Part shown: positions 12,701 through 24,700 of the stretch, piece after piece
How positions within the stretch are numbered: the first letter of the stretch is position 1
Layout: each line of letters begins with the position of its first letter
Assembly: GCA_964035545.1 (NCBI GenBank)
Contig: CAXIUT010000289.1
Span: 105,001 to 169,000, forward strand
Source: Bugula neritina
Taxonomy: Eukaryota > Animalia > Bryozoa
Length of the DNA: 64,000 bases
Reading direction: 5' to 3'
Translations under genes and position numbers: made by a program
The notes under the pieces: model-generated
What the model was told of the DNA's origin: nothing
What the model saw: the letters and a program-made list of their open reading frames with translations, nothing else
Database searches by the model: none

Positions 12701-14557
12701 TTGAGATTGTACATCAGCTCTTTGACTGTAGGAATTGGATGCCTTTCCCTAATTATTGCTTTATTAGCTTGTCTCATGTCTACACATAAACGTGTATCAT
12801 TACCATCCTTAGGCACAGTGACAATAGGACTAACCCAAGGTGTAGGACCCTCAACTCGCTCAATAATATCGGCAGCAAGCAATTCATCAATTTTAGCCTT
12901 AGCTTTATTCCTATGACCAAATGGCATGCGTCTTACTGGTTGAGCAACTGGCTTGACATTAGGATCTATGTGTAAAGAGACCTGCAAATCCTTCAACAAA
13001 CCAACACCCGCAAAGCACTCAGGAAACATATCCAACCACGACTGCCCATCACCGCTAGCAAGATCCGATGAAGCAAAGTGAACCCCCTCACCTACAGGAC
13101 CAACCCTCAGCACACCCAACTGCTCAGATGTACTTTTACATAACAATGTAGTAGCAGTACCATTAAATATGTAAAACTTAGCATGCACACATTTACCAGT
13201 AGAAGGCACAAAAACATTTACATCAGTTTCACCTATCAAGTCTAAGCATGCAGATTTGTTACCATAAGCAAATAATTGTTTGGTTGTTGGTTTTACTACA
13301 CAACCTACTAATTTAGCAGTATTTCTATCTAATAAATTGCTAGAAGCTCCTGAGTCAATTAGTACAGATAAATTGGTATTGTTCACCTGAACTGAGAGCT
13401 TAGCTGACCTTGCTGCATTGATGTTGAACATCTCACCTCCAGTATTGTCACTAACAGTAAACAAGGCTTCAATATCATCCTCAGTATCAGCAGTATACTT
13501 CTTAGCACTATTATCCATAGAGTTTATCTGTCCCTTAGCTCCTCTGCAAAACTTGGCCCCGGCAAAATGTCCTTTCTTGCCACATGATCTACACATCTTT
13601 GTGCGAGCTGGGCATTCCTCTGAAGAGGCTACATGCCTTGTAGATTTGCACCTGAAACAGCTCTTTTCCTTTGACGTATAATGTGTGTCTTTCTTGTGTG
13701 GTTTACTTCTGCCATTCCTCACATTATTTACAGCAGCTCCAGAGCTATGAATGTCCGCACTTTGCATACTGACAGCTTCCTCCGTTTGAGAAATAGAAAT
13801 TACATGAGCCAGTGTCAATTCTGAGCCTCTCTCTAGTAATTTCCTACGTAGATGACTAGACTTACATTTTTCAATTACCTGATCTCTAATTACATTGTCC
13901 ACATCGTCATATTCGCAGGTAATAGCAAGCTGTCGTAGTCTTGTGATGTAGTTTGTGATTGTCTCCCCACTTGTCAGCTCTGTTCTACGAAAAACTGACC
14001 TTTCATAGGGAATGTTCGTCTTGGGTGTAAAGTGAGTATCTAGTGCTGCCATAGCCCTGGCATATTCATTAGCACCCTCTCCAGCTGGCAGTACTTCAAA
14101 TATGTCTTGCACTTCTTCGCCAGCCATGTTTAATAGCAGTGCCTTTTTCTGAGCAGCATTTGTAACCCCTCTCCCTACAACAAAGTACTCAAACGCCCTC
14201 TTCCACTTCTTCCACCTCGATCCAACAGTCAGGGGATCTGTAGACACAGAAAAAGTCCTCACGTTGCTTGTACTAGTGTCCAGAGAGACAGCCATGGTTA
14301 GAAATTGCCCAGAGTAGTAATATTCCAGTTGTAAGTAATATAGTTTATATTCTCGTCGCCATTGTAACAATGTGGATTTCGTGTAAAGGGAGAGTAAAAG
14401 TTTATTCTGCACTGCTTGCACTCGCTATAACAACTGACTGCTTTACAATCAAGCACATAATAATATTGCACTCAAAACCATGACTAATAAAATAAGTACA
14501 TTAACCTTTCACACATAATTGGTAAAACAGATGTGGACACTTAGCCAGGATACAACA
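9743..14557 (-). mobile_element. Full-length intact Ty3/Gypsy LTR retrotransposon (Mag-like)
   Basis: 195-bp LTRs 9743-9937 and 14363-14557 (TG...CA, one mismatch). 5-bp TSD AGTAC (9738-9742, 14558-14562). PBS TGGCGACGAG (14352-14361, minus). PPT AAGAAAGAAAGGGT next to the 3' LTR. Single uninterrupted ORF. Confidence 0.97.
10402..14295 (-). CDS. Gag-Pol polyprotein (~1297 aa from ATG MAVSLDTS): Gag with two CCHC knuckles, aspartic protease, RT, RNase H, integrase
   Basis: CFRCKSTRH..C and CRSCGKKGH..C; LIDSGAS; YADD; DASPYGLG/EREALA; HEGH..CYEC, DLLGP, TDNGPQF, GEVER. The ORF-track start at 14421 lies inside the LTR and is not the real start. Confidence 0.95.
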   Translation of the reverse strand: MAVSLDTSTSNVRTFSVSTDPLTVGSRWKKWKRAFEYFVVGRGVTNAAQKKALLLNMAGEEVQDIFEVLPAGEGANEYARAMAALDTHFTPKTNIPYERSVFRRTELTSGETITNYITRLRQLAITCEYDDVDNVIRDQVIEKCKSSHLRRKLLERGSELTLAHVISISQTEEAVSMQSADIHSSGAAVNNVRNGRSKPHKKDTHYTSKEKSCFRCKSTRHVASSEECPARTKMCRSCGKKGHFAGAKFCRGAKGQINSMDNSAKKYTADTEDDIEALFTVSDNTGGEMFNINAARSAKLSVQVNNTNLSVLIDSGASSNLLDRNTAKLVGCVVKPTTKQLFAYGNKSACLDLIGETDVNVFVPSTGKCVHAKFYIFNGTATTLLCKSTSEQLGVLRVGPVGEGVHFASSDLASGDGQSWLDMFPECFAGVGLLKDLQVSLHIDPNVKPVAQPVRRMPFGHRNKAKAKIDELLAADIIERVEGPTPWVSPIVTVPKDGNDTRLCVDMRQANKAIIRERHPIPTVKELMYNLNGAKVFSKADLKLGYHQLELDEASRAITTFATPFGVFRYKKLNFGVASASEVYQYHIQRSIADLEGCQNYADDIVIYGSNKQEHDARLRAFLKRMSKLGLTLNAEKCKFGCSKITYVGYDISDKGISVSDKKVKAIVQARVPKDVTELCSFLGLVNFVGKFIPNLSTHAEPLLRLVKKASKFQWSSEQQAAFDKIKSMMAQSKTLAYFNPNAETTVTVDASPYGLGAVLSQRVGGCERVVAYGHRSLSAVERRYSQTEREALAIVWGCEHFAIYLIRTKFRLVTDHKPLEFIFNRVNSKPSARIERWVLRLQAFDYEVVYKPGSMNIADPLSRLSVDEHTPYNVNNVADEYVMMIAKLSVPKAMSFNEIKKAAAKCLEMGQVRKSLISGLWSNCLPAYKAVMTELAEVEGVVMRGNRIVMPVSLRSVAVELAHEGHQGTSKTKQLLRTKLWWPGMDQDVERFCKGCYECQLVSAPSRPPPMSSTKMPDKPWEHIACDLLGPLPNGESILVVVDYYSRYFEVAFLRSTVATKIVEAIEAMFCRWGVPSSIRTDNGPQFVSQSFQEFLNEYGVFWMSTTPMWPAANGEVERQNRSLLKALKIAHISGKDHKTELRKFLLSYRSTPHSVTGVSPAELMLGRKLQTKLPCLEKSNRLDEEVRDRQAVAQEKSKSYLSNQAHIPDVSVGDEVLIRQNKTDKLSATYNPESQQVVSKQGSEVVVQSKEGVEKRRNVSDVKPLTPTSSQAIAVTDRPLRNRKPPDRYGVTVTH

Positions 14558-17299
14558 AGTACAATTGCCAATCGGAAAGTATTACAGCTTATTAAATTGT
14601 CTTATTTTTCAACCATTCCAATCAAGTAGATGATCCTTGAATCAATACACCTCACAGGTGAAACTACTCATAGTTTGTTTGAAACGTGTTTACAGAGTTG
14701 AATTGAACATGAGGCTGGTCACTGGGAGAAGACACATTTGTATTATTCAAATTTATTTAGGAGAGTTAGGCATGGCCAATGCTACCAATATAGTTAAGAT
14801 AGAAACACTTCATTGTCTAGTCAACATATTCACACAAAGAAAGACTAGACATGGGTTGAAGAGTTGATAGAAATTATCCTTAACTGCATTCTATTTACTT
14901 TCTTAATCTGTACTTCTTTAGTTACATTTAAGCCGGATATTTGTTCAGTTTAATTTTACATCAGTCGAAAAATAAACTAAGTGTTTTGCCGCCACTGTAT
15001 GCTAATATATAGTACATGATTATTGTATAGAAGAAAAAGCTGGCAGTACAATACACAATAACCTTATTTGTTACCTTATTTGTACTAAATATTATAGATC
15101 ATCTAAGATATAGGCCTACTTCTTTCTTAAGTAACTCAGTAGTGAAAGCATCCTCTTTCTCCAAAGAGAGTTTCAACTTTGTACATGAGAGAGGAGTTAA
15201 AGTGGTGCATAATTATCTTCTGTTCTCACAACCTTGAAATCTTGAACTTGTTCTCCCTGTATTTGTAAGTATAATAATATGTCCTGCAAAAAGCTTTTAA
15301 AAATGTTCTTTTACAGTACAATTTTGATAATAAACATAGCAGTGACTCTTTGAAAATATTTTTAAATCGGAAATTGGTAAATCATCATATTAAAATTAAA
15401 AATATATTTCAAAATATTCTTTTCTTCACTCTGTATATTGATAATTAGGAAGTAGTTTGAGGTAACATTTTTAGCTCCAACTTTGACAATGTTGCAGTAT
15501 ATATAAACAGTTTAAAAAAAAACTTTAACAAATTTAGCTTCACCTCAGTAAAATATGTTTTTTCTTTAATTAAATTATTGTAGCCATAGTAGATTAATTA
15601 TGCATTCTAATTAATTATTGGCAAAATTCCTAGTAAAGTAATGATATTACCATAAACAGCTAAATATAATCATTTAACATTAATTAAAAATAGACAATGC
15701 AAGAGATGCTTTAAAACCCAAGCAGCAGCAGCAAGCTGGTATAAGAAAGCTTTGAAAAGTTGCTTTTTTGTAATTCACCTTCAAACAAGTTATATATATA
15801 TAAAGTGGGTCTTCTCATATGACATCAGAACATACACGGTATCGTTGATCATAACCAACCCTTTTCCAAAGGGCTGTTTGAAGGCTCTCAACAATGGCAG
15901 ATGATTCATGATCACACCACTGCCTTGCTTTACCGTATTCATTGCTGTAGTTAAGCTTTCCTTATCTTTTTCTCTGTTTGTTTTCCCACATGTAATTCTA
16001 CACTATTCTGAAAACATTTGCAGAGACTAGAATAGTCAATAATTGTACACTGTTGACTTACAATTTTATTTGTTCTACTAGGACTGAATGTATGTTTGGA
16101 TTTATATTTTGATGGCAGGAAAAATTTAATTGAGAAAAATATCAGCTTAAATGTAAAAATTGGTGTGCCTTATTATAATAAACATGGTGAAAAAAATTTG
16201 TAGAGCAAGTTGTACCTGGTTCAACTCGCCCCACTTCGAATGTGGCTCAACTAACCGTTAACTGTCACCTACAAATTATTTTCAACATAGTTGTTATAAG
16301 TGAGATATCTCTGCAACTTATGGTTAATACCCAGCTTTGAAAGCATATTGAGAATACATGCCTGAATTTTCTTGACTGAGCTCTTACAAGCATATGCAAC
16401 GTTTAATGAAAAAATATATTTTTAGTTTATTTTGCATAAAAAAACAAAAAAAGACTTGCTCAACTGGAAACTTTTGCTTTGGTTTCCTATATTTCCATAT
16501 GTTTACTGGTTCACCTAAAGGGTCCTTAAATAAAGGAGACTATATAAATTATATAATGATTTAAAGGGACAATTGAGTTGTGGTTCAATAGCTTTGTAGT
16601 TTACCTAGCCTAACTCTCCCCTATACGTGTATTACAAAAAAACTCCCTTAACATCAAGCTCTACTAAATTAGCCACCAGTAGGCCTAAAGCGAAAAGTAG
16701 CAGGTTTCGCCCTAAATCACACAGTTTGAATACAACTTTACAGTGAATAGCTATAGTTGGTTGGAATATTCATGATGATTTTAGCAGTGTACATGCATGT
16801 AGTAAATAAAGTTGATATTATAAACAAATAACTATTTTCTCTATAATTGTTGGAATTATATACGGAAAACTAAAACATTTGCATGTCTGTAGAATTATAT
16901 AAACATACTGTTATAATTTTGTCAATTATAATATTTAGGGTGGATTCTGGGTGTGCAACTATGCTCTTGTTTAGTTAATAGTTACAAGGATTACTCAGAA
17001 GATAACATGATAAAAGAACTATATTTAATTATACATAAATACAAAATAAAACAAAGATATACATCCAGTGTCCGCAATACATTTACAGTCTATTCCAATC
17101 TACTATCTCCATCAATGCACTACGCCTAACTAACTATTGTAATGAATTTGCATCCTCTATTTGTTCTGAAGTAACTGGTGCGTCAGTATTATAATTACTT
17201 AGTGCATATCTTTTTCAATGCTGTTAGGCTATTACAACTAAGTGAGGTAGCTTTCTAATGCCCAAGTATTGTAATTGTTGTTAAAGCTTTCAGCATAAT

Positions 17300-17750
17300 G
17301 TAATTGCACTGAATACGAATTCTGAAGTTATGTAATATTTTTTTACTAATGTTGCTTTTCTTTTACTAAGGTTGCCCGAGATTAGCATTTCGGACTACCG
17401 AAATGCCGAGATGCCGAATGCCAAATATCGGCATTTCGGACTTCGGAAGTGCTGAATATCGGCATTTTCGGCCTCCGATCTCGGCAACAGAGGAATCTTT
17501 CTTTGTTCTCTGTATATAAAAGCCAGCGAGTTTCAGTGTAGTTCAGTCTACTACTGGAGCTCGCTGGAAGAAGACCTACTATTATCTACTCAATAAAGAT
17601 TGCTATCAACTCCACTACCTTCAACATCTTGTTCTCTTTTACAAAGAGCATGTTCAAGCATTAGTTGCATTCAAACCCACAATTCTATCACACTATCTCA
17701 TCCTCCTGAAACATTCTGCTCCGCAGTGGGTAGTCACGTGCTTCGACATT
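17300..17750 (+). mobile_element. Possible solo LTR with an internal GC-rich foldback cluster
   Basis: GC-rich repeats (17371-17488), then TATATAAA (~17513) and AATAAA (~17592) in U3-R-U5 order. No TSD found; ends uncertain. Confidence 0.35.
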
Positions 17751-18584
17751 ATTGGCTATTATGAACGTGTACGATCTGTACGCTTCATTAGCCACTACAA
17801 CACTACATCTAAGCTTAGCAAGCAACCAACTATTGAGGCAGCCTTCTATTTCAAAAACATTGAGCTACCATATTGTTGCAAATTTTACAAAATATTGTAC
17901 AAACCCATCATATAGTTATATACAATATTATCTAGTTAAGTAATGGTGGTTAAATCAAATTCAAAAAGCTAGTTTATTTTACAGCTTTTAGTCATCACTA
18001 TAAAACGTTAGTTCTCTAAGGTTTTCAAGATATTATCTTTTATTGCGAATCGAATGTTACTAGAAAGTCAGTTTTAGCCATTGACTGCATGAGGCAGCAG
18101 TGTTAGAAATAATAGCTGTAACTGTCTTTTTTATATACCATTGTTTGAATGTATGATATTATACCCTCATTTCCCAAGTGTAAGAAAATTTAACCATATC
18201 TCTTGGATCATTATAATATTTACTGGCTGCTGAGATATTGTAGACAATGTCATGTTTAATGGTATGGTTTTTCTATAGTCCTATAGAAAAACCATACCAT
18301 TCTATAGTCTTTATCATGGTCCAGTGTATTGTTGTACTAAAACATTTTAATGTTATTTATATATAAAATGTGCCGTTACTAGTGTGATAGTTTTGTGGTT
18401 GCACTCTATATTATACTACTATATTTAACATATAGCCCAATAAACATAACTAGATATATGCTGATCTTGTCAATGCTGCAGTAACTAGTTTGCATGGTCA
18501 TTTGATTTTAGGATATAGACCACTACCAGAAAGCAATTTAACTAGTAGACTATGTTGATAAAACAATGATATTTTACTTTACCA

Positions 18585-20821
18585 CGTTACGGATGTTATT
18601 GTACAGAGACCGGTAGAGGAGGCTGAAGAGCTGACAAACCAGTCCCAGTCAGCTCCCCCACCTGTGGAACCGGCTGGCATACCTGCAATTCCAAGTGTGG
18701 TAGAAATTCCTCAGAATAATGAAGATGATAGAGCTGTCAAGGACCTGCCTGTACTGGTGGACCCCTCCGTACTTGAGACACCACCCATAGTAGTAGTTAC
18801 ACTAAGTACAACAGTGTCCTCAGTAATATTAGAACGTAGCCAATGTACTAGGGGTTTTCCAACTTAATTGAAAGATTTTTATAGCAGCTTAGTTGACTGG
18901 CATTCCATTCTATCAGTGGAAATTGGTTGCAATAAAAATTTGGGACCAACAAATGAGAGTTGCGGTTTCCAGTTAGAATATTCAAATTAATTCAACTGTG
19001 GGCAAAAACGTTGGTGGAGCCAATTCACCGGTTGACTGAAGATTGCATCAGCTATCTCACCAGGTGTACCACCTTTTTCAAATGTAACTCTAAAAGTGAT
19101 AGCACGCACTGGTGACAGCTGGTAAGCTACGGAGCCCGGTTTAACAGCAACAGCTACCGTTGAGAGTATGTCTACTAGTAAAATTTTTTTCATTAATTAA
19201 AATTTAATTTAGTAGTCCACAGCAGTCACACTTTATCATAATGATAGAGCTGGAACTCCTGATGTCAGGTGAGCTCACTGATGGCTTGGAGTTGAGTAAT
19301 CGCCCGGATGGTTTACTAAAACCAGGAGGTTGATTGATTATTTGATTTGGTCAAGGTTTTGTACTGACTGGGTGGAGTACCCTACAAAAGACTGTGTGAT
19401 TTGATGACTGACTACAGTTCTGAATCTGTGTACTCTGTTGCAGGTAAGATTGGCCCCGGTTTGCCGGGGAAGCGGGCAATGATGGATCTACCTTCCATTC
19501 CTTGGGAGGTGATTTCCACCGACGGACTGGAGCTCTTATCCAACTTACATTTTTCGTCACCATCAGCTGAACAGCCACCACCTGATGTTCAGGCTGTAAA
19601 ATCTTCTACCATTACGGGTCACTTAGAATCACCTCAAGTACTGTTAAATAAATCTGCATGAATCACTCGACACACCAAGTTACTTATAAAAGCCATCCTT
19701 GTGGCCGATCAAAACAGACAATGTACCGAATGTTTACTATGGAAAGATTAACAGTACTTGCTCCACAACATTTTGCCGTTTTATTCTGCCACTGTGGCGT
19801 GCATCATTTTTATCGTGACTATGTTCTTAAACAGCAGCGTATGGCTGGATGTTATGTATAGGGCACATCTATGAGGTAGATAAGGACAATTATCTTAAAT
19901 TCGGGATCTTATTCTTTCCCATGTTCCATCATCAGCACAGAGTGTGTTCTTTCTTCAAGGTTTCCCCAACACTAGGCAAACCGTGAAAAGTGACTTTGAC
20001 AATATAAATGCATCCCCGGATCTAGTCGGCCCTCTTCCATTTGTCGCAGAGACTCGTCCCCTCTGTGTAGTGGTAGCCCGTCCTGACCAGAGAACTTGCA
20101 CTTTAGCCAACAACATTTCTCCTTCTTTTTCATCTCTTTCAGTTCTGCATCGTAAGAAAAGACAAAAGACTGAGGCAACCCCTAACCCTAGTGAGATTCT
20201 TGACTGGGACATCTAAGTCCAAATGGACAAGTTGCTGCGGCGCTTCTCTCGTCTGTGCAAAGAACAGCGCCGCACCACCTTAGAGCTGACCCGCCTACAA
20301 GACTTACTACGTAGCAGGCAGTCTCTCACAAATGATTAATATCTACTTTGCTTGGTAATACAAGGATGTCCTGTGTTCATTCCTAGTGTGCTGCACTCGG
20401 CTGGTGGTGGTGTAGGTTTTAAAGTGCTTTGTTTATTATATTCTTCCCACTACCATCTATACGCTCTGTTGCCCTTACAAATTGATTGGTTGCTGACTAC
20501 CTGACTGAATGAATACTCTACATCAGCACAAGGCTGTGTGTATATAAAAAGACAATCTTGCACCAGCCCTACATTGTATAGCAGTGGAATCAGCTTAGTA
20601 TAGTAGATCTGATTCTTGTACTTTTCTTACTCATGTAATGTTTTCACTCTTTTAGTTTTTGGCACTTCGTCAATAATTTAGCATGCAATAAATATTGGAT
20701 CATATTATACTCGTACTGTTGCTTCATATAAATGGACTATATTCACTCGCACCATACCAGCTCATGCTCTAATCTAAATAACCTTTCAGGCAATGTGAAC
20801 TATCGGTATAAATTCACAACA
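18585..20821 (+). mobile_element. 3' remnant of a Gypsy element: integrase tail, decayed zinc-finger accessory ORF (~19478-20340) and 3' LTR (~20411-20821)
   Basis: Pro-rich tail ending LERSQCTRGFPT*LKDF like a pol end. KSA*...CTEC...QHFAVLFCHCGVHHFYRDYVLKQQRMAGC aligns with ORF 49348. LTR ends ATTCACAACA, like the LTR at 25871. Confidence 0.7.
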
Positions 20822-20955
20822 ATACTTACTCCACTAATTTATTCTTACAGGTAACATTGTGAAACTAGTAAAGCATTACTCCATTATTTGTAGACATTGT
20901 TGAGTAAATATCTTAAACCAGCACACAGAGTGTTATTGTCTCGAGTAATAGAGTG

Positions 20956-21098
20956 ATGGCAGTATCTTGGCGTTTCATAGAATTTGCCGACCTTTTTGTA
21001 CGATGAAGAAGGGGAAGTAGTGTGTGTATTCTGTTCTATCAACCCTGGGATCTTGCCTGGCCTACTATGTGAACATCAAGATTGTTTTCCGTGCGTGT
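20956..21098 (+). pseudogene. Orphan RING-finger exon, paralog of exon 28824-28965, with a 1-bp frameshift
   Basis: MAVSWRFIE/(+1)LPTFLYDEEGEVVCVFCSINPGILPGLLCEHQDCFPCV vs MATSLLIKEFPKLMYEKESEVVCVFCFKNPGFLYNLPCTDFACPTCI. Same phase-1 donor (gtgag) and a similarly placed acceptor just upstream of the ATG. Confidence 0.7.
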
Positions 21099-21735
21099 GT
21101 GAGTTTTGTTATGGCCTTTGTAAAATAGCGTTTATAGTTTTTGTTTTAACAAAACTGATTTCACTTAAATCTCCTTTCATTTAGATACGAATTGTTACTA
21201 TTTAATTATTACACAGATTACTACGTAACACACCACTATCCAAGACACTACACACAAGTAATACTATACGCTGAAGTTCATTTGCTTTTTACCTGTATCT
21301 TCTAGATACAAGTCTATATTAAAGATTAAAATCCACATTTAATGTGGATCTTATGCCCTGCTAAGGCCTAAAATAAGCAATCATTGCTACTATTGAACAA
21401 CTCAGTTATTGCTTATTGCACCACGTTTATTTGATTTGAGAATGCAGCAGTTTAGTTGTAGTTATGGGCTTAGCGTTTAACTTGCCAAACTAAAAATATT
21501 GCTTTCAGTAATGAGCCTATTTTATTAGCTGTTATTGGGCCATTGATTGATTGAGTGTTTCTATTGGGTGGTTTGTAGTTAACATTTTATAAAAACAAAA
21601 AAAGTGTCTTATTTTATAGCATATATTAATTCAATATAATAATAAGCTGAGAAAAAAAGTAAATGTTGTGCTTATAGGTATAACAACCTCAGATTCCATG
21701 TTTACGTCTTACAGAGATTACTTATAAAATGCGAC

Positions 21736-24700
21736 TAAAACTGGGCACCCTGATCAGTGTGTACCTGCTCCGGCAAGCCAAAATAACAGAACACGTTCTG
21801 ATCCAAGGCGTTGGCCATCGTAGTGGCCAACGCAACCGGAATAGCTAGAGCATCAGCCCATTGCGTAAAGTGGTCGGTTAACACCAGTATCCAGTTATTA
21901 CCTCTCCTAGACTTGGGTATAGTGCTCACCAGACTAATGCAACTACTTGCAACAGACAACCGGAATAAAGGCAACGCCTTCAGGCGGTCTCAGTAGAGTG
22001 GCCATGCTTGCTAACTTGGCATATCTCACACTTCTGTACCCAGAGTCAGACATCCCGGCTCATCCCGGGCCAATACCACCAGAGCTGCAGACACCTGTCC
22101 ACCTGCTCAGTTTCAGCATGAAATAGCTCATGGGTGTCCCAGATCGGTTCCCGATGAAGGAAAAATAGACAAACTACCCTCTCGCATTTCTGGTGGTTTA
22201 GACCGGTCGCTAACGTTATAGTTAACAACCCATCACTATTGAACTTGAGGGAGTCTCAACAATCACAGAACTACTTGAACTACGCACACTTGACACGTTG
22301 TCTGGCCTCACTAGGTCCCCGTCCGTTTTTGTAGGCCCAGACTAAATCGGCTACTATCCCTGGTAGTGTAGCTTGAAGCTCGCAAAGCTCCCTGATGTTT
22401 CGGAACAGTGTAGGGTTTGCGGGAAGGGTGTTGACAGCGCTGAAGGAGGGATCAGACCGGAGTTAGCCTTTTTCCTAGCTGTATACACATGCTCTCCCTA
22501 TCTGTTCTTCCTTATCAAAATGAGGGGGTCCATTATTCCTGGCTTTGAAATTTAGGCATTGCTTACGCCTTTCTCCACGCCGCTGGCTCAATCCATCGGC
22601 ATGTTTCTTTTCGGGTCAGTGCTCGATGCGATATGAAAACTTAGCCAAGATCCCAAGCCAATGCGCAACCTGACTAGAAGGGTTCAGCTTGTCTGCATAA
22701 ACACATCAAGGGCACATGATCAGTTCAAAGCCTGAACGTCCGTCCATACAGTTATGGTCTGAAGTATTTAACCACCTTAAATACTGCTAGGAGCTCTTTT
22801 CTGGTAGTACAGTAGTTCTTTTCAGAAGCCGACATAGTTTTACTGTAGTAAGCAACCACCACCTGAAGACCATCCTGAACCCGAGGCAGCAAAGCTCCTA
22901 CATTAAGGTCACTTGCATCAGTGTCCAGAATGTACTCCTTCACCAGATCAGAGTATGCCAAGACTGAGGCCTCCATCAAGGAGGTGCTCAAGGTGCTCAA
23001 ATGCTTGCTGCTCTACATACGTCCACTGCCAACGAACCCCCTTTGCTGGCAGCCAGTTTAACAGCTGGGCATTTCCTGCGAAGTTGGGTATGTACTGTCT
23101 GTTGTACCCTGCAAACCCCAAGAATACCCGCAATTCAAGAAACTCCTGAGGAACGGCCCAGTCCTTTACAGCTCATAATTTTTTCAGGGTCAGTAGCGAC
23201 CCTCTCCTGGCCAACTACATGGCTTAGGTACTTGATCTCTGGCTGCTACAGGGTGCACTTAGACGGCTTAAGCTCCAGACCGGTGACTCAGAGTCTATCA
23301 GACACCTCTCTATGCCGACTGATATGAGTGTCGAAATTGGGAGAGATGAGGATGACATCATCAAAGTAAATGAGCAAGGTTTTTTAGTGTAGCCCACTGA
23401 GAACCTGTTCCATGAGTCGCTGAAAAGTGGCCGGAGCGAATTTATGTCCGTACGGCAGCGCCTTCCACTTTCAGAGCCTTTCCTGCGTTATAAACGCAGC
23501 CTTTTCCTGGGCATCAGGACTCAGGGGCACCTGCCAGTACCCGCTCAGCAAGTTTAACATACTGAAAAATTTGCTACCAGCTAAGGCATCCAGCGACTTA
23601 TCGATCCTCGGAATAGAGTAGGCGTCCTGAATAGCTACACTGTTCAATTTGCAAAACTCTATACAAAATTTCCAGCCTCCATCCTTTTTTCAAGCCAGGA
23701 CAACTAGAGAGCTCTAAGCACTATGGGCTGGTTCAATTGAGTCTCAGCTCAGAAGTTCTTGCACCTGACGGCTCACTTCCTTTTTCTTCTCAGGATCTAA
23801 CCGGCTGGTTGGCTGTCAAATCGGCCTCATTCCCGCCATCAGGAGTATCTTATGACAGAAAGCCTTGGTCAGGCCCATGTCATGGTCGCCGCGAGTGAAC
23901 ACATCCTTGTATCTAGAGAGTAACTATGTCATTACCTGGCATTCTCTGTTACTCTCCCAGCCATCACATGCATTCCTGTACAAATCTACCATGTGTTCAG
24001 ACACTAGCCCCCTGCCGTTCTTAGTGGGTATTCCACAGGTCTCCATCGTCGTCAGAGTGGAACTTTCTAACTAATGAACCAGCCGGCAACTCTACCGGCT
24101 CCGTGAAAGAGTTCACACATTTTACCAGGAACTCCCTACGCTCGTTTAGCCCAACTAGGCTATTCAAGAGGTAGACGCCTCCAAGTGCCCCTTCCATCAC
24201 TCTCAAGTCGAAGATTTTTCTACAGTTCACTCTGCGGCAAACTGTAGCCTGGGAGCGCTTGGGAATTGTGCAACGCCACACCACCTGTACTCCCCCCATC
24301 AAAGACCTGCCAAACTTATCCATACAAAAAAGCTTACGCCTGGCCAACATTATCGCCGATTTGTTAAAGCCAATGTGGCACTTGTGTCTCTCCAGGAATC
24401 GCATCCCTAAAATGGCATCCTCCTTCAGCTGACTGACGATGTCGGCTCAATCATGCCATAGAATGGAATATTTGACCCCTTCATATAGCTCTAGGTTAGC
24501 CCTGTTTAGTGCAGTGAGTGTGCAAAAAAGACGCTGGCTTAGGAAATTAGTAGTACACCCAGTGTTCAACAGGAATGTTGAAGCTTTGCCGGCAAGCTTA
24601 CTGGGCAGGAACTTACTGCTTCCATATGGCTGGGCGCTCACTGAGCGGCTAGTTTCTGGAGGCCACACCTCTTGTGCATCGAGTTTGCGATATACCTGCG

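Noticed and set aside
14296-14421. N-terminal extension of the 1339-aa ORF
   Set aside because: Starts at a GTG inside the LTR and crosses the PBS; the first ATG at 14295 is the plausible start.
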